Of a stretch of 64,000 nt of DNA, positions 40,361-51,381 are shown piece by piece. The notes below the pieces were generated by a model. That model did no database searches and had not been told where the DNA came from. It worked only from the letters and a program-made list of their open reading frames with translations. The position numbers and the translations under genes are program-made. Source of the stretch: Candidatus Omnitrophota bacterium (lineage in GTDB: Bacteria > Omnitrophota > Gorgyraeia > Gorgyraeales > Gorgyraeaceae); contig JBDRCN010000001.1 of NCBI GenBank assembly GCA_043821705.1, positions 8,851 to 72,850 of the forward strand, given 5' to 3'. Every line of letters begins with the position of its first letter. The first letter of the stretch is position 1.

Positions 40361-40641
40361 TGAAAAGTTATGAAGCAATGTTTATACTGAGAAGTGATCT
40401 ACCTGAGGACAAGTTTGATAAGACCTTGACCCAGATCAAAGATGTCCTATCAAAGCATAAAACTTCTGTTGATGAGATGAAAGAATGGGGCAAGCAAAAG
40501 TTAGCTTATCCCATCAAGAAAAAAGAAGAAGGTATCTATTATCTTGTAAATTTTCATGCTGACACAGATACTATCAATAAGATGAGGAAGATATTCAACC
40601 TCAATGATGCGATACTAAGGACACTGATCATTGCAGTATAA
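40360..40641 (+). CDS. rpsF: 30S ribosomal protein S6
   Basis: YEAMFIL, WG-KLAYPIKK. Confidence 0.95.
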   Translation: MKSYEAMFILRSDLPEDKFDKTLTQIKDVLSKHKTSVDEMKEWGKQKLAYPIKKKEEGIYYLVNFHADTDTINKMRKIFNLNDAILRTLIIAV

Positions 40642-40661
40642 AGTGAGGACCGAAGGAGGAT

Positions 40662-41075
40662 ATGATGGCGAGTCTTAATAAGGTATTTTTAATAGGCAAC
40701 TTAACAAGAGATCCTGAACTTAGATATGTACCGAGCGGAGCTCCTGTAGCTACTTTTGGTCTAGCTGTAAATAGGCGCTATGTAATGCAGAGCGGAGAAA
40801 AGAAAGACGAAGTATGTTTTGTGCGCATAGTTGTCTTTGGGAAACAAGCAGAGAGCTGTAGCCAGCATTTAAGCAAAGGCCGCCTTATCTTTGTAGAAGG
40901 CAGGCTCCAATATCGTTCATGGGAACAGGAAGGACAGAAAAGAAGTACTCTGGATATTATAGCAGACAGGGTGCAGTTTTTAGGAAGCCCGAAACCACAA
41001 GGTCAGGAACAAGAAGAATCCATGGATTCTATGAAAGAAGTAGAGATAAAAACCGACGAAGAAGTCCCGTTTTAA
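40662..41075 (+). CDS. ssb: Single-stranded DNA-binding protein
   Basis: LNKVFLIGNLTRDPE, VEGRL, DEEVPF tail. Confidence 0.97.
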   Translation: MMASLNKVFLIGNLTRDPELRYVPSGAPVATFGLAVNRRYVMQSGEKKDEVCFVRIVVFGKQAESCSQHLSKGRLIFVEGRLQYRSWEQEGQKRSTLDIIADRVQFLGSPKPQGQEQEESMDSMKEVEIKTDEEVPF

Positions 41076-41086
41076 GGAGGAGTTAG

Positions 41087-41359
41087 ATGTTTAAGCCGTT
41101 CAAGCCGAAGGATAAGAAATTTGATAAAAAAAGACCATCTAAGAAGAAGATCTTTATCAAGAAAAGCTGTAGGTTTTGCACAGAGAATCTTCCAGATATA
41201 GATTATAAGGACGCTGCAAGGCTTAGAAGGTTTACAACTGAAAAGGGAAAGATACTACCTAGCCGCATTACCGGAAATTGCGCTAAACATCAGAGGGCGA
41301 CCGCTGAGTCTATAAAAAAATCAAGGTTTATAGCGCTTCTACCGTATGTAGCAGAATGA
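41087..41359 (+). CDS. rpsR: 30S ribosomal protein S18 (Zn-binding type)
   Basis: CRFC, IDYKD, GKILPSRITG-CAKHQR, LLPY. Confidence 0.96.
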   Translation: MFKPFKPKDKKFDKKRPSKKKIFIKKSCRFCTENLPDIDYKDAARLRRFTTEKGKILPSRITGNCAKHQRATAESIKKSRFIALLPYVAE

Positions 41360-41361
41360 AA

Positions 41362-41456
41362 CAGTTGTTAGTTTTTAGTTGTTAGAAAAAAACAGGTACT
41401 TCTAAAAACTAAAAACTGACAACTAAAAACTGATTAACTGACAACTAACAACTAAA
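41362..41456. repeat. Inverted heptamer array, family G copy 2
   Basis: (agttgtt/agttttt)n...(ctaaaaa/ctgacaa)n; shared with 11402-11475. Confidence 0.85.
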
Positions 41457-41469
41457 ACGAGGTATAGAC

Positions 41470-41913
41470 ATGAAAGTAATACTTATAGAGAATGTAGAAA
41501 AGGTAGGTTCTATGGGAGATGTAGTGCAGGTGAAGGATGGTTATGCTAGGAATTTTTTATTCCCTAACAATCTAGCAAAGCCAGCCACAGGCTCTAATCT
41601 AAAGATCATAGATCAGATAAAGAAGAAGCAGGCATTGGCGCTAGAAAAAGAGAAAAAACTGCAGGAAGAGCTTAGGGATAAACTTACTAGTGTATCTTGT
41701 ACTCTAGCAGTGGAGGCAGGAGACGATGATAAGATATTTGGTAGTGTAAACAATCAAGATATATCCCAGGCACTAGAGCAGGAAGGTTATGATATAGATA
41801 AAAGAAAGATCTCTCTTCTAGAGCCGATCAAAAAACTCGGGGTTTACCACGTCTTTGTGAAACTTCATCCTGAAGTCACAGCAGATGTAAAGGTGTGGGT
41901 TGTAAAAAAATGA
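41470..41913 (+). CDS. rplI: 50S ribosomal protein L9
   Basis: VKDGYARNFLFP, KIFGSV, PIKKLG. Confidence 0.96.
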   Translation: MKVILIENVEKVGSMGDVVQVKDGYARNFLFPNNLAKPATGSNLKIIDQIKKKQALALEKEKKLQEELRDKLTSVSCTLAVEAGDDDKIFGSVNNQDISQALEQEGYDIDKRKISLLEPIKKLGVYHVFVKLHPEVTADVKVWVVKK

Positions 41914-43268
41914 CAATGGATAGGATAGATATAAATCTTGAAAAGATGCCTCCCCAAAATCTAGAGGCAGAAATGGCTGTTCTGGGCTCCATGCTGATAG
42001 AAGAGCATGCTATAGCAGATGCTATAGAGTTTTTAGAGTCAACTTCTTTCTACAGCGATAAGAACCGCAAGGTATTTGAAAGTATTTTAAAGCTTTATGC
42101 TGAAAATAAGGCTGTTGATATCCTTACATTGACAGAAGAGCTTAAAAGGATAAAAGAGCTGGAAAACGTAGGTGCGACTTACATAACAAACTTGACAACA
42201 GTAGTGCCTACAGCAGCTAATATAAAACACTACGCCAGTATAGTAAAAGAAAAAAGCATATTGCGCAATCTGATATCTACCGCGACCAGCATAATCTCTG
42301 AAAGCTATGATTCGCAAGGAGATGTAGAAAAGATACTCGATAGAGCAGAAAGAACTATTTTTGAGATCTCTAGCAAAAAAATAGATACGAATTTTTCCAC
42401 GATAAAAGAGATCATAAAAGACAGCATAGAGACCATAGATAACCTATATCAGAAAAAAGCCCATGTGACTGGCATAGGGACTGGTTTTACTGATCTAGAC
42501 GCACTTACTGCAGGGCTTCATCCATCGGATCTCATAATATTTGCAGGCAGGCCTAGTATGGGCAAGAGCGCGTTCTTAGCCTCACTTGCAGAACATGTAG
42601 GGCTTGTGGAGAAAAAACCATTAGTGCTTTTTAGTCTTGAAATGTCCAAAGAACAACTTGTACAGAGAATGCTGTGTTCTCACGCCAGGGTAAATGCCCA
42701 TAATGTAAGGACTGGTTTTCTTTCTCAATCTGATTGGCCGCGCCTTACTAATGCTGCGGGAAAACTTTCAGAAGCCCAGATATTCATAGATGATACAGCT
42801 GGACTTTCTGTCCTGGAGCTCAGGGCAAAGGCAAGGAGATTAAAATCACAGCATGATATCCAACTTATAATGGTCGATTATCTGCAACTTATGCAGGGGC
42901 CGCCTGGTTCTGAGAACAGGCAGCAGGAGATCTCTGAGATATCTCGTTCTTTAAAAGCGCTTGCAAGGGAACTCAGGGTACCTCTTATAGCAGTAAGTCA
43001 ATTGTCAAGGGCAGTTGAGAGCAGGCAGGACCATAGGCCACAGTTGTCTGACCTAAGAGAATCAGGAGCAATAGAACAGGATGCTGATCTGGTCGGTCTT
43101 TTATTAAGAGAAGAATATTACAATCCCACTGAAGAAAACAGGGGCATAGGAGAACTGATCATTGCTAAGCAAAGAAATGGACCAATAGGTTCAGTCAAGC
43201 TTACTTTTATCAGGGATTATGCGCGCTTTGAGAACATGACAAGGGAGGGCGAAGAAATTATTGAATAA
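41910..43268 (+). CDS. dnaB: Replicative DNA helicase (no intein)
   Basis: PPQNLEAE, GRPSMGKS, FSLEMS, DYLQLM, SDLRESGAIEQDAD, KQRNGP. Confidence 0.97.
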   Translation: MTMDRIDINLEKMPPQNLEAEMAVLGSMLIEEHAIADAIEFLESTSFYSDKNRKVFESILKLYAENKAVDILTLTEELKRIKELENVGATYITNLTTVVPTAANIKHYASIVKEKSILRNLISTATSIISESYDSQGDVEKILDRAERTIFEISSKKIDTNFSTIKEIIKDSIETIDNLYQKKAHVTGIGTGFTDLDALTAGLHPSDLIIFAGRPSMGKSAFLASLAEHVGLVEKKPLVLFSLEMSKEQLVQRMLCSHARVNAHNVRTGFLSQSDWPRLTNAAGKLSEAQIFIDDTAGLSVLELRAKARRLKSQHDIQLIMVDYLQLMQGPPGSENRQQEISEISRSLKALARELRVPLIAVSQLSRAVESRQDHRPQLSDLRESGAIEQDADLVGLLLREEYYNPTEENRGIGELIIAKQRNGPIGSVKLTFIRDYARFENMTREGEEIIE

Positions 43269-43284
43269 GATACCTTAGTTTGCA

Positions 43285-43313
43285 TTGACAGTATCTTATA
43301 TCTATGATATATT
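43285..43313 (+). promoter_or_regulatory. bamA-lpx operon promoter
   Basis: TTGACA-17 nt-TATATT with extended TG. Confidence 0.65.
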
Positions 43314-43325
43314 CGTAATAATAAG

Positions 43326-45659
43326 ATGAAAATAAAAAGTTTTTTTAGTGCAACTTGCTTGGTTTTATTTATCTCGCTGATACTTTCTATCAGTTTCTGC
43401 CATACCTCCTTTTCCGAAGAAGAATATGCAAACAAGATCATAAAATATGTAAGCGTAAAAAACAATAAGACTATTTCTGAGGCCAAGATCTTATCAAAGC
43501 TGAAGACCAAAAAGGGAGAACTCTTTCTAGAAAAGGTAGTAAATGAAGATGTAAAAAGATTATACCTTTTAGGGTTCTTTAGTGATGTAGAGGTCTCTAT
43601 AGAAGAGGTCTATGATGGCATAGGGATTGTTTTTATAGTCACAGAAAAATCCCCATTAAGTTCGATCACCTTTAAAGGCAACAAGGTGTATAACGCACAG
43701 AAATTGTTAGCTGTTGTAAAATCCAAATCAAGCGAACTAGTGGATGAGAAAAAGCTTAGAAAGGATTCTGAAGCAATAGAGGATCTTTATAAAAGAGCTG
43801 GGTATCCCTGGATCACTGTACACCACGAGTTAAAGTCTATTAACGAACAAGGGGAAGGCGAGGTAGTGTTTGTAATAGATGAAGGACCAAAGGCAGTGGT
43901 GAGGGGGATAAGCATACTTGATAATGTGGCTTTCAGTGACAAGAGGATCTTGAAAATAATAAAAAGCAGGACCTCTGGGTTCTTTAGGTCAGGTGTTTAC
44001 AAGCAGGATGTGATAGAAGATGATATGGAGCGTATCAAGGCATTTTATAGGAATGAGGGTTTTCTTGATGTAGAGTCAAATTACGAATTATTGTCCCATG
44101 AAAAAAGAAGCAAAAAGTGGATAGAACTTGTTATGAGGATAGATGAGGGAAAGCAATATATAACAGGAGAGACTAAGATAACTGGGAATTCAATATTTTC
44201 CCAAGAAGAACTGAAAAGCCTTCTTAAATTAAGAAGAGATGATGTGTTTACTGAGAGTGCGTTACATAAAGAAGTCACGACGCTTCAGGAGAATTATTTT
44301 GACAAAGGCTATATCATGGCAAAGGTCAAACCTGACACTGTCCTCAACATAGAGACCGATAAAGTGGATGTTATCTATAATATTTTTGAAGGAGAGGTAT
44401 GCTACGTCAACAAGGTCAATATACAAGGGAACACCAAGACAAAAGATATTGTTGTCAGGAGAGAACTAAGGCTCAATCCAGGGGACAGGTATGACGGGAA
44501 TAAACTTAGAAAGAGTAAAGAACGCCTTTATAATCTGGGATTTTTTGAGGACATAGCGTTCAATATAGACGACACAGAAACATCCAATAAAAAAGATATG
44601 GAGATAGAAGTAAAGGAGTCCAAGACAGGAGAATTTAGTTTCGGTGGTGGATTTTCATCTATAGATAAGCTGATCGGATTTATTGAAATTGAGCAGAAAA
44701 ATTTTGATCTCTTTAACTTTCCTACTTTTACCGGTGATGGGCAAGACCTTAAGCTAAGAGCAGAACTCGGAAGTGTGCGCAAGAATTATCTATTAAGCTG
44801 GACAGAGCCATGGATATTTGATCATCCTGTTTCATTCGGTTTCGACCTCTATGCTACAGAGAGGAGCAGGAGTGGTTCTACTGGCTATGCATATGATGAA
44901 GCAAAAGAAGGGGTAACGCTAAGGCTTGCGAAATGGTTCAATGATTTCCTGAGAGGGGACCTTTCTTATAGGCTAGAGTCAGTTGACATATCAGACCTGT
45001 CTGTAGACGCATCCCAGTCGCTGAAAGATGAAGCAGGTAAGAATACTATTAGCAGTGTCTTTATGCAGCTTACAAGAGATACAAGGGACAATAGATTTAA
45101 TCCTTCAAAAGGGCTTCTTGTGAGTGGTGCTTTTGAAGTAGCAGGGGGGGCCATAGGAGGAGATAAAGATTTTGCAAAATTCTCAGATTCTATAAGCCGT
45201 TATTCTACAATAGGTCCTTTTGTCTTAGAGTTAAAGGGGAGAAGCGGGGTGGTCACATCTTTTGGCGACTCGACAACAGTCCCTATATATGAAAGATTTT
45301 TTGCAGGAGGTACTTACACTGTCCGTGGCTATAAAGAAAGAGACATAGGCCCTAAAGATGTTTCAGGAGACCCTGTTGGTGGCGGAACAATGGTAGTGGG
45401 TAATGCAGAGCTGACTATGTCGATAATAGAAAATTTAAAAGGTGCTATATTTCTTGATGCTGGAAATGTTTGGGCTACACCTGACAGCAAGCCAAAGGAA
45501 GGCATGTTGACTAGAGGTATAAAAGTTGGTACTGGCGTAGGCGTGAGGATAAAGACTCCTATAGGGCCAGTAAAGCTTGATTATGGATTCCCCATGAATC
45601 CTGATGATAATCAGGAGGATACAGGTAGGTTCCATTTTAGTATGAGTAGAGGATTTTAA
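43326..45659 (+). CDS. bamA: Outer membrane protein assembly factor BamA
   Basis: POTRA repeats, GNTKTKD-VVRRE, VRGY, TPIGP-KLDY, terminal F. Confidence 0.95.
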   Translation: MKIKSFFSATCLVLFISLILSISFCHTSFSEEEYANKIIKYVSVKNNKTISEAKILSKLKTKKGELFLEKVVNEDVKRLYLLGFFSDVEVSIEEVYDGIGIVFIVTEKSPLSSITFKGNKVYNAQKLLAVVKSKSSELVDEKKLRKDSEAIEDLYKRAGYPWITVHHELKSINEQGEGEVVFVIDEGPKAVVRGISILDNVAFSDKRILKIIKSRTSGFFRSGVYKQDVIEDDMERIKAFYRNEGFLDVESNYELLSHEKRSKKWIELVMRIDEGKQYITGETKITGNSIFSQEELKSLLKLRRDDVFTESALHKEVTTLQENYFDKGYIMAKVKPDTVLNIETDKVDVIYNIFEGEVCYVNKVNIQGNTKTKDIVVRRELRLNPGDRYDGNKLRKSKERLYNLGFFEDIAFNIDDTETSNKKDMEIEVKESKTGEFSFGGGFSSIDKLIGFIEIEQKNFDLFNFPTFTGDGQDLKLRAELGSVRKNYLLSWTEPWIFDHPVSFGFDLYATERSRSGSTGYAYDEAKEGVTLRLAKWFNDFLRGDLSYRLESVDISDLSVDASQSLKDEAGKNTISSVFMQLTRDTRDNRFNPSKGLLVSGAFEVAGGAIGGDKDFAKFSDSISRYSTIGPFVLELKGRSGVVTSFGDSTTVPIYERFFAGGTYTVRGYKERDIGPKDVSGDPVGGGTMVVGNAELTMSIIENLKGAIFLDAGNVWATPDSKPKEGMLTRGIKVGTGVGVRIKTPIGPVKLDYGFPMNPDDNQEDTGRFHFSMSRGF

Positions 45660-45713
45660 CCCTCCTACGCCTTTGCGAAAGGCTATTCGAAAGGCTGGCT
45701 TCGGAGGGTAGGC
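45660..45713 (+). repeat. Family E hairpin after the bamA stop
   Basis: ccctcctacgcctttgcgaaaggc...ctggcttcggaggg. Confidence 0.78.
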
Positions 45714-45747
45714 GGATTAGAAAAAATCAATGTAATGTCAGGAGGAT

Positions 45748-46257
45748 TTGATGAAGAAATTTTTAATTGCCGGTATAATTTTTATTTTTACATTTTGTTT
45801 GTTGGCATCAGCTTGTGTGGCTGAAGAAAAGATTGGCTTTGTGGATCTTTCAAAGGCATTCGACGAGTATCAAAAGACAAAAGATTTTGATAAATCACTT
45901 GAACAAAAAGGATCGACAAAACAGGATCAAAGAGAAAAATTAGTCAAAGATATAAGAAAGATGAGAGATGAGTTAGAGCTCCTCAATGAAGTAACCAGAA
46001 AATCAAAAGAGGGAGATATCGAATCTAAGATGAAGATTCTCCAGGAATTTGACCAAGAGGCAAAGACAGAACTAGTAAAAGAAAGAGATAATATGGTAAG
46101 AGACATCTTGGGAGAGATGAACGATGTCATAGAAGAGTATGGCAAGCAAAATGGATATTCTATGATATTAAATGACAGGGTCCTTCTTTACGGCAAGGAT
46201 ACGTTTAATATTACTGACGAGATAATAAATATCCTCAATGCAAAGTATAAAAAATAA
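45748..46257 (+). CDS. skp: OmpH/Skp periplasmic chaperone
   Basis: Signal peptide, KIGFVD, coiled coil, NITDEII-LN; bamA-skp-lpxD order. Confidence 0.9.
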   Translation: MMKKFLIAGIIFIFTFCLLASACVAEEKIGFVDLSKAFDEYQKTKDFDKSLEQKGSTKQDQREKLVKDIRKMRDELELLNEVTRKSKEGDIESKMKILQEFDQEAKTELVKERDNMVRDILGEMNDVIEEYGKQNGYSMILNDRVLLYGKDTFNITDEIINILNAKYKK

Positions 46258-46272
46258 GGGAATCAAAAGAAG

Positions 46273-47307
46273 ATGAAAAAGACATTAGAAGAAATAGCTG
46301 CGATCGTTGATGGGGAAATAATAGGGGACAAGGATACAATAGTAACCGGCATATGCGGGATAAAAGAGGCTCAAAAAGGAGACCTTACATTTGTTGCAAA
46401 TTCCAGATATGTATCCCTCATGAACCAGACCAAGGCATCAGCTATAATTACATCTAAGGATGTGAAATCTTCTCCCAAGCCGATCATACGTACAGAAAAC
46501 CCTTCGATCGCCTTTGCTAAAATGGTATCACTTATGGCCCCCAATGAGAACAAGAGGCCTAAAGGCATACATCCAACAGCTGTTATAGGAGAAAAAGTAA
46601 AACTTGGGAGGAATGTAGCTATACAGCCATATGTAGTCATAGAAGATAATGTTGAGATAAAAGATAATACTATAATTTATGCAGGGGTCTACATAGGGCA
46701 TCATTCAAAGATAGGGAAAGATTGCAAACTTTACCCTTATGTGATAATAAGAGAAAGAGTAGAGATAGCAGATAGGGTCATAATACACAGCGGCACTGTG
46801 ATAGGTAGTGATGGTTTTGGGTTTTCAACAGTAAAGGGAGTACATCATAGAATACCGCAGATAGGAAATGTGATTATAGAAGATGATGTAGAAATAGGAG
46901 TTAATGTTAGCATTGATAGAGCTAGATTTGACAAGACCTTGATTAAAAAAGGAACAAAGATAGATAATCTTGTCCAGATCGCACATAATGTTATAGTGGG
47001 AGAACATTCTATAATAGTGGCCCAAAGCGGCATATCAGGCAGTACGACAATCGGAAATAACGTTACGCTGGCTGGCCAATCAGGTGTGATCGGCCATGTC
47101 TCTATAGGAGACAATACAGTAGTTGCTGGAAGGGCAGGTGTAACAAAAGCTGTGCCTCCGAATTCGTGCGTTTCTGGATTCCCAGCAAAACCGCATAGCA
47201 TAGCAAAGAGGATCAATGCATGCGTGCAAACCCTTCCGGATATGTATAAGAGAGTGAAGTGCCTGGAAGAAGAAATAGATAAATTAAAATCAAAAAAATT
47301 AGACTAA
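46273..47307 (+). CDS. lpxD: UDP-3-O-acylglucosamine N-acyltransferase
   Basis: IGSDGFGF, PQIG-V, KIDNLVQIAHN. Confidence 0.96.
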   Translation: MKKTLEEIAAIVDGEIIGDKDTIVTGICGIKEAQKGDLTFVANSRYVSLMNQTKASAIITSKDVKSSPKPIIRTENPSIAFAKMVSLMAPNENKRPKGIHPTAVIGEKVKLGRNVAIQPYVVIEDNVEIKDNTIIYAGVYIGHHSKIGKDCKLYPYVIIRERVEIADRVIIHSGTVIGSDGFGFSTVKGVHHRIPQIGNVIIEDDVEIGVNVSIDRARFDKTLIKKGTKIDNLVQIAHNVIVGEHSIIVAQSGISGSTTIGNNVTLAGQSGVIGHVSIGDNTVVAGRAGVTKAVPPNSCVSGFPAKPHSIAKRINACVQTLPDMYKRVKCLEEEIDKLKSKKLD

Positions 47308-47376
47308 TGAACCATTTTGCGATAGATAGCTCCTTAAAAGATAGAGGGCTATCTATCGTTATCTAAAAAGGAAATT

Positions 47377-48690
47377 ATGGAACAGAAGACAATAAAAAAA
47401 CCTATTAAACTTAGCGGCATAGGCCTGCACACAGGTGTGAAGGTAAACCTTAAATTTAAACCAGCCCCGTCTAATACAGGAATAAATTTTATCAGGATAG
47501 ATGAACCAGATTCTCCGATGATAAAGGCTGATATATTGAATATATTAGACCAGGAAAAAAGTCCAAGACGTACTTCTATCGGGAATGGTTCTGTAGAAGT
47601 ACATACTATAGAACATCTCATGGCAGCATTATTTGCCCTTGGCATAGATAATATGCTTATAGAGATCGATGGCCCAGAACTACCAGGGCTCGATGGCAGT
47701 GCAATAGGTTTTATAGAGAGCTTGAGAGAAGCTGGGATAGAATCACAAGGCGTGTCTAAAAAAGTATATCAAGTGCGTTCTCCTATATGGGATGAACAAA
47801 ATGGGGCTATGATAATGGTGCTTCCTGATAATCAGTTTAGAGTGTCATATACCTTAAATTATGAGCACCCGCTTTTACAAGCGCAGTATATCTCCTTCGT
47901 GATGAACGAGGGAACATTTGAAAAAGAGATAGCGACTTCCAGGACATTTTGCCTCGAGAGAGAAGTAAGGGAGCTGAAAGGACAAGGTCTTGGCAAAGGC
48001 GCTAATTATGAAAATACTGTTGTGGTAGGGCAAGATAGGGTCATAGATAATAAACTTAGATTTGACGATGAATTTGCAAGACATAAGATATTGGATCTAT
48101 TAGGGGACCTATATCTACTTGGTAGCAGCATAACAGGACACATTATAGCAGTTCGTAGTGGACATCCTTTAAACATAAGACTTGTCAGCAAGATCAATAA
48201 ACAGCGTGGGAAAACCCAAGCTGGAGGCCTTAAAGGTGTATATGTCGAGACAGACGGCAATACTCTAGATACTAGTGATATACAGAAAATACTTCCGCAC
48301 CGCTATCCGTTTCTGTTAGTAGATAAGATAATAGAATTAGAACCTGACAAAAGAGCTGTTGGTATAAAAAATGTAACATTTAATGAGCATTTTTTTACAG
48401 GACATTTCCCAGGAAAACCTGTTATGCCGGGTGTTTTGATAATTGAGGCAATGGCTCAGGTTGCAGGAGTTTTGATGCTCAATAAGAAAGAAAACGTTGG
48501 AAAGATCGCTTATTTTGTAAGTTTAGATAAGGCAAAGTTCAGGAAGATGGTTGTTCCTGGAGATCAATTAAGATTAGAGGCCGAGGTAATAAAATTACGT
48601 TCAAAGACAGGCCAGGTACGTACAAAGGCATTAGTAGATGGGCAGGTTGTTAGCGAAGCAGAACTTATGTTCGCTTTAGGTGATGCTTAA
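47377..48690 (+). CDS. lpxC/fabZ: Bifunctional LpxC/FabZ
   Basis: [25 protein letters not shown]; [20 protein letters not shown]. Confidence 0.95.
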   Translation: MEQKTIKKPIKLSGIGLHTGVKVNLKFKPAPSNTGINFIRIDEPDSPMIKADILNILDQEKSPRRTSIGNGSVEVHTIEHLMAALFALGIDNMLIEIDGPELPGLDGSAIGFIESLREAGIESQGVSKKVYQVRSPIWDEQNGAMIMVLPDNQFRVSYTLNYEHPLLQAQYISFVMNEGTFEKEIATSRTFCLEREVRELKGQGLGKGANYENTVVVGQDRVIDNKLRFDDEFARHKILDLLGDLYLLGSSITGHIIAVRSGHPLNIRLVSKINKQRGKTQAGGLKGVYVETDGNTLDTSDIQKILPHRYPFLLVDKIIELEPDKRAVGIKNVTFNEHFFTGHFPGKPVMPGVLIIEAMAQVAGVLMLNKKENVGKIAYFVSLDKAKFRKMVVPGDQLRLEAEVIKLRSKTGQVRTKALVDGQVVSEAELMFALGDA

Positions 48691-48700
48691 TGAAGGAAAA

Positions 48701-49480
48701 ATGAAGATCCATCCGACAGCAGTGATAGAAAAAGGGGCGAAGTTGGCCGACCAAATAAAAGTCGGCCCTTATGCTATTATAGGGCCCAATGTAGAAATAG
48801 GCAAAGGTACAGTAGTGGGCTCTCATGTAGTTTTAGAGGGCTATACTATTATAGGAGAGAATTGCCGGATCTTTACAGGCGCGTGCGTAGGCACTCCTCC
48901 ACAGGACCTTAAATATAAAGGTGTTAAGAGTTTTTTAAAGATAGGGAACAATAATACCATCAGAGAGTATGTCACTATTAATCCAGGGACAAGCGAAGGT
49001 AGTGATACTAAGATAGGAAATGATAATCTATTGATGGCATATTCTCATGTAGCGCATGACTGTAGTGTCGGAGATGGGTGTGTAATAGCTAATTCCGGGA
49101 CATTGGCTGGCCATGTAACACTTCAAGATAAGATTGTCATAGGAGGCCTTACAGCTATACATCAATTTGTAAAGATCGGAAGCCTAGCAATATTAGGAGG
49201 GTGTTCCAAGGTAGTCAAAGATATCCCTCCTTTTTCAACATGTGATGGCCACCCTGCAAGGGTCTATGGCCTCAATGTTATAGGGCTGGACAGGTCAGGC
49301 GTATCAAAAGAAACACAGAATGCACTTAAAAAAGCTTTTAAGATATTGTTCCATTCAAAACTTTCTTTTAAAAATGGGATAGAGAAAGTTAGGGCCGAGA
49401 TAAAAGGCAATAAAGAAGTCGATTACCTGATAGATTTCATTGAGAATTCAGAGAGAGGGATGTCTAGAGGTGACAAATAG
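48701..49480 (+). CDS. lpxA: UDP-N-acetylglucosamine O-acyltransferase
   Basis: IHPTA, PQDLKY, HVAHDC, LAGHV, IHQF, GLN-IGL. Confidence 0.96.
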   Translation: MKIHPTAVIEKGAKLADQIKVGPYAIIGPNVEIGKGTVVGSHVVLEGYTIIGENCRIFTGACVGTPPQDLKYKGVKSFLKIGNNNTIREYVTINPGTSEGSDTKIGNDNLLMAYSHVAHDCSVGDGCVIANSGTLAGHVTLQDKIVIGGLTAIHQFVKIGSLAILGGCSKVVKDIPPFSTCDGHPARVYGLNVIGLDRSGVSKETQNALKKAFKILFHSKLSFKNGIEKVRAEIKGNKEVDYLIDFIENSERGMSRGDK

Positions 49481-50276
49481 AATAGGTCTTTTAGCAGGCA
49501 ATGGAAGATTCCCTATACTCTTTGCTAAAGAAGCAAAGAAAAAAGCTGTAGAAGTAATAGCTATAGCTATAAACGAAGAGACTTCAAAGGACCTTTCAAA
49601 ATATGTAGATAAGATATATTGGCTAGGAGTAGGAGAGCTAGAAAAACTTTTTATAATCCTCGCTCAAGAAAAACTCACCTCGATAATAATGGCAGGGCAG
49701 GTAAGGCATAAGCTTATCTTCGATAAAAGTATAAAACTTGACTCTAAGATGTCAGAGCTTTTAGGGAGCGTAAAGAATAAAAAGACAGATTCTCTTATAG
49801 GCGCAGTAGCTGGTATCTTGGAGTCCAAAGGCATTAAAGTACTTGATTCAACATCATTTTTAAGCGACTATCTTCCAAAAAAAGGACTATTGACAAGAGC
49901 TCCTTTAGACAAAGATATATTGTCTGATATTGATTTTGGACTGAATATTGCAAAAGAGATAGCAGGCCTGGATATTGGGCAGAGTATTGTCGTAAAAGAT
50001 AAAACAGTCCTGGCAGTAGAGAGTATTGAAGGCACTGATGAAGCTATAAAAAGGGGAGCTCATTACGGCAGAGAAGGTATTGTAGTTATCAAGGTAAGTA
50101 AACCTGGCCAGGATATGAGGTTCGATGTGCCAGTGATCGGGCCAGAGACCATAAATCTATTAAGTGAAGTGAAAGCAAAGGCGATCTCAATAGAAGCTAA
50201 TAGAACACTTATAATCGATAAGGATGAAACATTAAAGTTAGCGAATGATCTAGGCATAGGGATAATTGCTGTATGA
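49470..50276 (+). CDS. lpxI: UDP-2,3-diacylglucosamine diphosphatase LpxI
   Basis: IGLLAGNG-FP, DIGQS, AVESIEGTD, KP-QDMRFDVP-IG. Confidence 0.93.
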   Translation: MTNRIGLLAGNGRFPILFAKEAKKKAVEVIAIAINEETSKDLSKYVDKIYWLGVGELEKLFIILAQEKLTSIIMAGQVRHKLIFDKSIKLDSKMSELLGSVKNKKTDSLIGAVAGILESKGIKVLDSTSFLSDYLPKKGLLTRAPLDKDILSDIDFGLNIAKEIAGLDIGQSIVVKDKTVLAVESIEGTDEAIKRGAHYGREGIVVIKVSKPGQDMRFDVPVIGPETINLLSEVKAKAISIEANRTLIIDKDETLKLANDLGIGIIAV

Positions 50277-50983
50277 CAAAGAAAAAAAAGAAAGTTAGAG
50301 TGACAGACACTATAGAGGCTCTTTCAAAGATCTCTAGAGCTATATCAAGTGAATTATATCTAGAAGACATTCTAAAGCTCATAGTAACTGTTACAGCTGA
50401 AGTAATGAATTCAAGGATCTGCACTCTTATGCTTCTTGATGAGAAGAAAGAACATTTAGTGATAAGAGCCACCCAGAGTATAAGCGAAGAGTATATAAAG
50501 AAAAACCCTTTAAGAAGGAACGAAGGCATAGCATGGGAAGTTGTAAAGAAAAACAAACCTTTAGTAGTAGCAGATGTATTGAAGGAAAAGGAATATAAAT
50601 ATAAAGATATTGCTAAAAAAGAAGGACTCGTGTCCCTTCTATGTGTACCAATGGCAGTTAAAAATAGAGCGATAGGAGTGCTTAACTGTTATACTTCAAA
50701 GCCTCATAAATTTTCAAAGACAGAGATAAATGTTCTTATAAGCGTAGCTAATCAAGCAGCCATATCTATCGAGAATACAGAACTCTTAGTAAAGACAAAA
50801 GTAATACAGGAAGAACTTGAGACGAGAAAAGTCGTTGAGAAAGCAAAAGGTATCTTGATGAAAGAAGAAAATCTTTCAGAAGAAGAGGCTTTTCGAAAAA
50901 TACAGAAATTCAGCATGGATAGGCGTAAGCCCATGAAAGAAGTTGCTGAGGCAATAGTAATAATGCATGACATGAAGCAATGA
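50273..50983 (+). CDS. GAF + ANTAR domain RNA-binding antiterminator
   Basis: GAF (SLLCVPM..IGVLNCY..F...E..VANQAAISIEN) then ANTAR (LETRKVVEKAKGILM...SEEEAF-IQKFSMDRRKPMKEVAEAI). Confidence 0.92.
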   Translation: MTKKKKKVRVTDTIEALSKISRAISSELYLEDILKLIVTVTAEVMNSRICTLMLLDEKKEHLVIRATQSISEEYIKKNPLRRNEGIAWEVVKKNKPLVVADVLKEKEYKYKDIAKKEGLVSLLCVPMAVKNRAIGVLNCYTSKPHKFSKTEINVLISVANQAAISIENTELLVKTKVIQEELETRKVVEKAKGILMKEENLSEEEAFRKIQKFSMDRRKPMKEVAEAIVIMHDMKQ

Positions 50984-51381
50984 AAAAGAAAACATACAAA
51001 AACCTACAAAATAATATACGCACTTTAAAGACGCCTAATATAGATGTCTGGAAGAATCAATACTCTGATAAGGATTATGTTATTGAACTCGAGAACCGTG
51101 AATTTACTTGTGTATGCCCTAAGACAGGTCTTCCTGATTTTGCAACTATAACTTTAAGATATAGTCCAGATAAAACTTGTATTGAATTGAAGTCTTTAAA
51201 GATGTATATGCTTAGTTTTAGGAATATGGGCATATTCCATGAACACGTGATAAACAGGATATTGGATGATCTTGTCAAGGCCTGTAAGCCACGCTATGTA
51301 TATATTAAAGGAGAGTTTGGTGTAAGAGGTGGGATAAAAACAGTAGTTGAAAGTGAATATAAGGGGAGTGGAGCATGTTAG
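50980..51381 (+). CDS. queF: NADPH-dependent 7-cyano-7-deazaguanine reductase
   Basis: EFTCVCPKTGLPDFA, ELKSLKMY, FHE, RGGI. Confidence 0.95.
   Translation: MKKKTYKNLQNNIRTLKTPNIDVWKNQYSDKDYVIELENREFTCVCPKTGLPDFATITLRYSPDKTCIELKSLKMYMLSFRNMGIFHEHVINRILDDLVKACKPRYVYIKGEFGVRGGIKTVVESEYKGSGAC

Noticed and set aside
50980-51381. preQ1 riboswitch before queF; T-boxes before thrS or pheS
   Set aside because: queF overlaps the upstream gene and pheS has a 9-bp spacer; I saw no T-box motif before thrS.
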